Shown one piece after another: positions 61,234 through 64,000 of a stretch of 64,000 nt of DNA. Origin of the DNA: Peptococcaceae bacterium SCADC1_2_3 (GTDB taxonomy: Bacteria; Bacillota; Desulfotomaculia; Desulfotomaculales; Nap2-2B); NCBI GenBank assembly GCA_000681355.2, contig JJNX02000001.1:1555-65554 (forward strand), read 5' to 3'. The notes beneath the pieces are model-generated. The model was not told the origin of the DNA. It made no database searches and worked only from the letters and a program-made list of their open reading frames with translations. A program made the translations under genes and the position numbers. The stretch's first letter is position 1. Every line of letters starts with the position of its first letter.

Positions 61234-62652
61234 TTAAGTATTCTTACCTGCAAGGTACTGGTGAATTGCATTTGCCGCCACGCGCCCGGCTCCCATGGCC
61301 AGGATAACCGTAGCCGCACCGGTAACAATGTCGCCACCCGCGTATACCCCCGACTTAGAGGTAGCCCCGGTTTTTAAATCCGCTACAATATTGCCTTTCT
61401 TGGTTACGGCCAAGCCCGTTGTAGTACGGGGTACAAGAGGATTCGGCCCTTGGCCGATAGCCATTACCACTGTATCTACTTCCATGATGTATTCTGAGCC
61501 TGAAATAGGCACAGGCCTGCGCCGGCCGGATTCGTCAGGCTCACCTAATTCGTAGCGTAAACATTCCATTCGTTCTACCCAACCTTGCTCATTGCCAAAA
61601 ATTTGGGTCGGGCTGGTCAAAAAGGCAAATTTGACCCCTTCCTCTTCGGCGTGCTCTGCCTCTTCAATCCGGGCCGGCATTTCTTCTTTTGAACGCCGGT
61701 AGACAATCCAAGACTCTTCCGCCCCTAAACGCAAAGCGGTACGGGCTGAATCCATCGCCACATTGCCTCCCCCAACTACGGCTACCTTGCGGCCAATTCT
61801 AATCGGGGTATCGTATTCAGGAAATAAATAGGCCTTCATTAAGTTTGTCCGGGTAAGAAATTCATTGGCTGAATATACGCCGCAAAAATTTTCCCCCGGT
61901 ATATTCATAAAGTAAGGTAAACCGGCCCCTGTACCAATAAAAACAGCCTGGAAACCTTCGTTTAAAAGTTCGTCTACCGTAGCTAACTTGCCAACTACGG
62001 AATCAACCTGAATATCTACCCCTAGTTTCCTAACGTTGTCTATTTCTGTTTGCACTACTTTTTTTGGTAAACGAAACTCAGGAATACCATACATTAAAAC
62101 ACCGCCCGGGACATGCAAGGCCTCAAAAATAGTTACTTGGTAGCCTAACTTTGCTAAATCGGCCGCACAAGTAAGCCCTGCCGGACCGGAACCGACAATG
62201 GCTACTTTTAACTTATTAGGAGGAACCACCTCAGGTAAAGTTACGCCATGCTCCAACTCCCAATCAGCACAAAAACGTTCCAGTCTGCCAATAGCTACCG
62301 GTTCGTGTTTTTTACCCAAAGTGCAATACATTTCGCACTGGCTTTCCTGCGGGCATACCCGTCCACAAATAGCCGGTAAAGCATTTTTTTCTTTAAGTTT
62401 CTTAATTGCACCGGCAAAATCTTTTTCCGCCATAAGCTTAATAAAGGCCGGGATATCCACCTCTACCGGACATCCCGCGAGACAAGGACTTTTTTTACAC
62501 TGGATACAACGCTCCGCTTCTGTCACCGCCGTCTCAATTGCATATCCCAGAGCCACTTCGTTAAAATTCTTAACTCTTTCTCCGGCATCCTGAGTTGGCA
62601 TAGGATGTTTTTTAGGAATAATTACTTTTTTTGTTTTGGCGGTTTCGGCCAT
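61234..62652 (-). CDS. nfnB: NADH-dependent reduced ferredoxin:NADP+ oxidoreductase, large subunit
   Basis: ERCIQC, CGRVCPQE, GSGPAG, GGGNVAMD and YRR; TAATG coupling with nfnA. Confidence 0.88.
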   Translation of the reverse strand: MAETAKTKKVIIPKKHPMPTQDAGERVKNFNEVALGYAIETAVTEAERCIQCKKSPCLAGCPVEVDIPAFIKLMAEKDFAGAIKKLKEKNALPAICGRVCPQESQCEMYCTLGKKHEPVAIGRLERFCADWELEHGVTLPEVVPPNKLKVAIVGSGPAGLTCAADLAKLGYQVTIFEALHVPGGVLMYGIPEFRLPKKVVQTEIDNVRKLGVDIQVDSVVGKLATVDELLNEGFQAVFIGTGAGLPYFMNIPGENFCGVYSANEFLTRTNLMKAYLFPEYDTPIRIGRKVAVVGGGNVAMDSARTALRLGAEESWIVYRRSKEEMPARIEEAEHAEEEGVKFAFLTSPTQIFGNEQGWVERMECLRYELGEPDESGRRRPVPISGSEYIMEVDTVVMAIGQGPNPLVPRTTTGLAVTKKGNIVADLKTGATSKSGVYAGGDIVTGAATVILAMGAGRVAANAIHQYLAGKNT

Positions 62653-63497
62653 TAGGATGCACCTCCACACGTACATTTATGGTAGTCAAGAGCTTCTCTT
62701 TCCTTTTCTAGATAAATAGCGCTTCGTTTAGCTAATTCGGTAAAATCCACTAAATGACCATCAAATTCAGGGCCATCAACACAAACAAACTTTGTTTGCC
62801 CACCCACCGTTACCCGGCAGCAACCACACATTCCCGTTCCGTCTACCATTAAGGAATTCAAACTAACAATGGTTTTAATCCCGTACTCTTTAGTAACGTT
62901 ACAAACAACCCGCATCATTGGCTGAGGGCCGATAGCCAAAATCAGGGCAATATTATCTTTCCCCTTGTCTTCAATAATCTCTTTCATTACGTCAGTAACA
63001 AAACCTTTCCGCACGTACGAACCGTCATCGGTGGTAACCTTTAGTTCGTCACAGGCGGCCCGCATTTTTTCTTCCCAAAATAACAAATCTTTAGTCCGGG
63101 CCCCAATTATTCCCGTAACATTATTACCAATATCTCTTAAAGCACGGGCAATAGGAAAAACAGGAGCAATACCTACCCCCCCGCCAATGCAAATTACGTT
63201 GCCAAATTTTTCAATATGGGAAGGCAAACCTAACGGACCGACAAAATCTACAATTTGATCCCCGGCCTCCATTTTCCCCAACTCCCTGGTAGATTTGCCA
63301 ACCTCCTGAAAAACAATGGTTATAGTTCCTTTATTCCGGTCAAAATCAGCTATGGTTAAGGGAATTCTTTCTCCTTTTTCGTGAAGGCGCAAAATAACAA
63401 ACTGGCCTGCCTGACACTTTTTAGCAACTCTTGGGGCCTCAATTTCCATTTGTTTAATCACCGGTGAGAGAATGTCTTTTTCCAGAATTTTAAACAC
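62652..63497 (-). CDS. nfnA: NADH-dependent reduced ferredoxin:NADP+ oxidoreductase, small subunit
   Basis: ERIPLT, GPLG, GGGVG and DGTGMCGCCRV...CVDGPEF. Confidence 0.88.
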   Translation of the reverse strand: MFKILEKDILSPVIKQMEIEAPRVAKKCQAGQFVILRLHEKGERIPLTIADFDRNKGTITIVFQEVGKSTRELGKMEAGDQIVDFVGPLGLPSHIEKFGNVICIGGGVGIAPVFPIARALRDIGNNVTGIIGARTKDLLFWEEKMRAACDELKVTTDDGSYVRKGFVTDVMKEIIEDKGKDNIALILAIGPQPMMRVVCNVTKEYGIKTIVSLNSLMVDGTGMCGCCRVTVGGQTKFVCVDGPEFDGHLVDFTELAKRSAIYLEKEREALDYHKCTCGGAS

Positions 63498-63634
63498 TTT
63501 ACCCCTCCCTTTTAAAAAAAATTCTTACTTAATTGCTTTCTCTATTCATTAGACAAATTCCTGCCTAAAAAAATTATTTTTTAATTTTAAGATCAATAAA
63601 TATTTCTTATTTTCTTAATATTTCTTAATATTGC

Positions 63635-64000
63635 TTAAATATTTAACTTAAGAGATACTTCCTTTAATTGTTTACTAGATACTGGAGCAGGTGCATTTAG
63701 CATTAAATCTACCGCGTTTTGCGTTTTAGGAAAGGCAATAACGTCACGAATAGTTTTTTTGTTAGCCAGAAGCATAAGCAACCGGTCAAAACCCAAAGCT
63801 ATTCCTCCGTGAGGAGGGGTACCGTAATCAAAGGCTTCTAACATAAAACCAAATTTTTCTATAGCTTCCTGAGGGGAAAGCCCAATAGCCGCAAACATTT
63901 TTTCTTGAATATCCCGCCGGTGAATCCGGATGCTTCCACCGCCAATTTCCACTCCGTTTAAAACCAAATCATAACTTTGGGCGCGGGCTAAAACAGGATT
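63635..64000 (-). CDS. aspS: Aspartate--tRNA ligase, C-terminal part (continues beyond the window)
   Basis: [26 protein letters not shown] and IAFPK. Confidence 0.95.
   Translation of the reverse strand, partial: NPVLARAQSYDLVLNGVEIGGGSIRIHRRDIQEKMFAAIGLSPQEAIEKFGFMLEAFDYGTPPHGGIALGFDRLLMLLANKKTIRDVIAFPKTQNAVDLMLNAPAPVSSKQLKEVSLKLNI

Noticed and set aside
61234-62652. Glutamate synthase small subunit
   Set aside because: No gltB large subunit; translationally coupled to an NfnA-type gene, so called nfnB

Overview
This window comes from an AT-rich, spore-forming anaerobic firmicute chromosome (Peptococcaceae/Desulfotomaculum-like by gene content; this is inference). It has five parts. (1) 1-3.2 kb is a decayed CRISPR-Cas remnant (one full and one degenerate 37-bp repeat, truncated cas6, truncated Csx14-like CARF-LuxR gene), a REP cluster and an intact MNT-HEPN toxin-antitoxin pair. 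(2) 4795-8783 is a ~4-kb islet bounded by 27-bp direct repeats between trxB-like and cimA. It carries a REP-flanked RAYT-type HUH transposase, toxin and restriction remnants, and an intact three-gene operon: a DUF488 protein with a C-terminal beta-clamp-like motif, a second DUF488 protein and a dual-OB-fold protein. This operon is my best candidate for a little-characterised DNA-acting conflict or repair system. (3) Housekeeping and sporulation genes (cimA, gap, dnaD/dnaC-like, spoVR, apgM, dacF) are interrupted by a complete 3272-bp IS66-family element with an 8-bp target duplication, carrying a DUF4338 (DruA-like) gene and a passenger gene. (4) There is a butyrate/isobutyrate beta-oxidation set (acd-etfBA-membrane FeS oxidoreductase-thiolase-crt, hbd, and a B12 mutase with isobutyryl-CoA-mutase residues). 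(5) A ~19-kb hydrogen locus holds nfnAB, a sensory FeFe-hydrogenase/kinase/DRTGG cluster, a multimeric FeFe hydrogenase whose beta subunit is fused to a GltD-like flavoprotein, and the maturation operon TM1266-aspA-hydF-hydE-hydG followed by hypE. The maturation operon is preceded by an unannotated terminator/antiterminator leader, a candidate riboswitch. All calls come from motif recognition by eye; no database searches were run.
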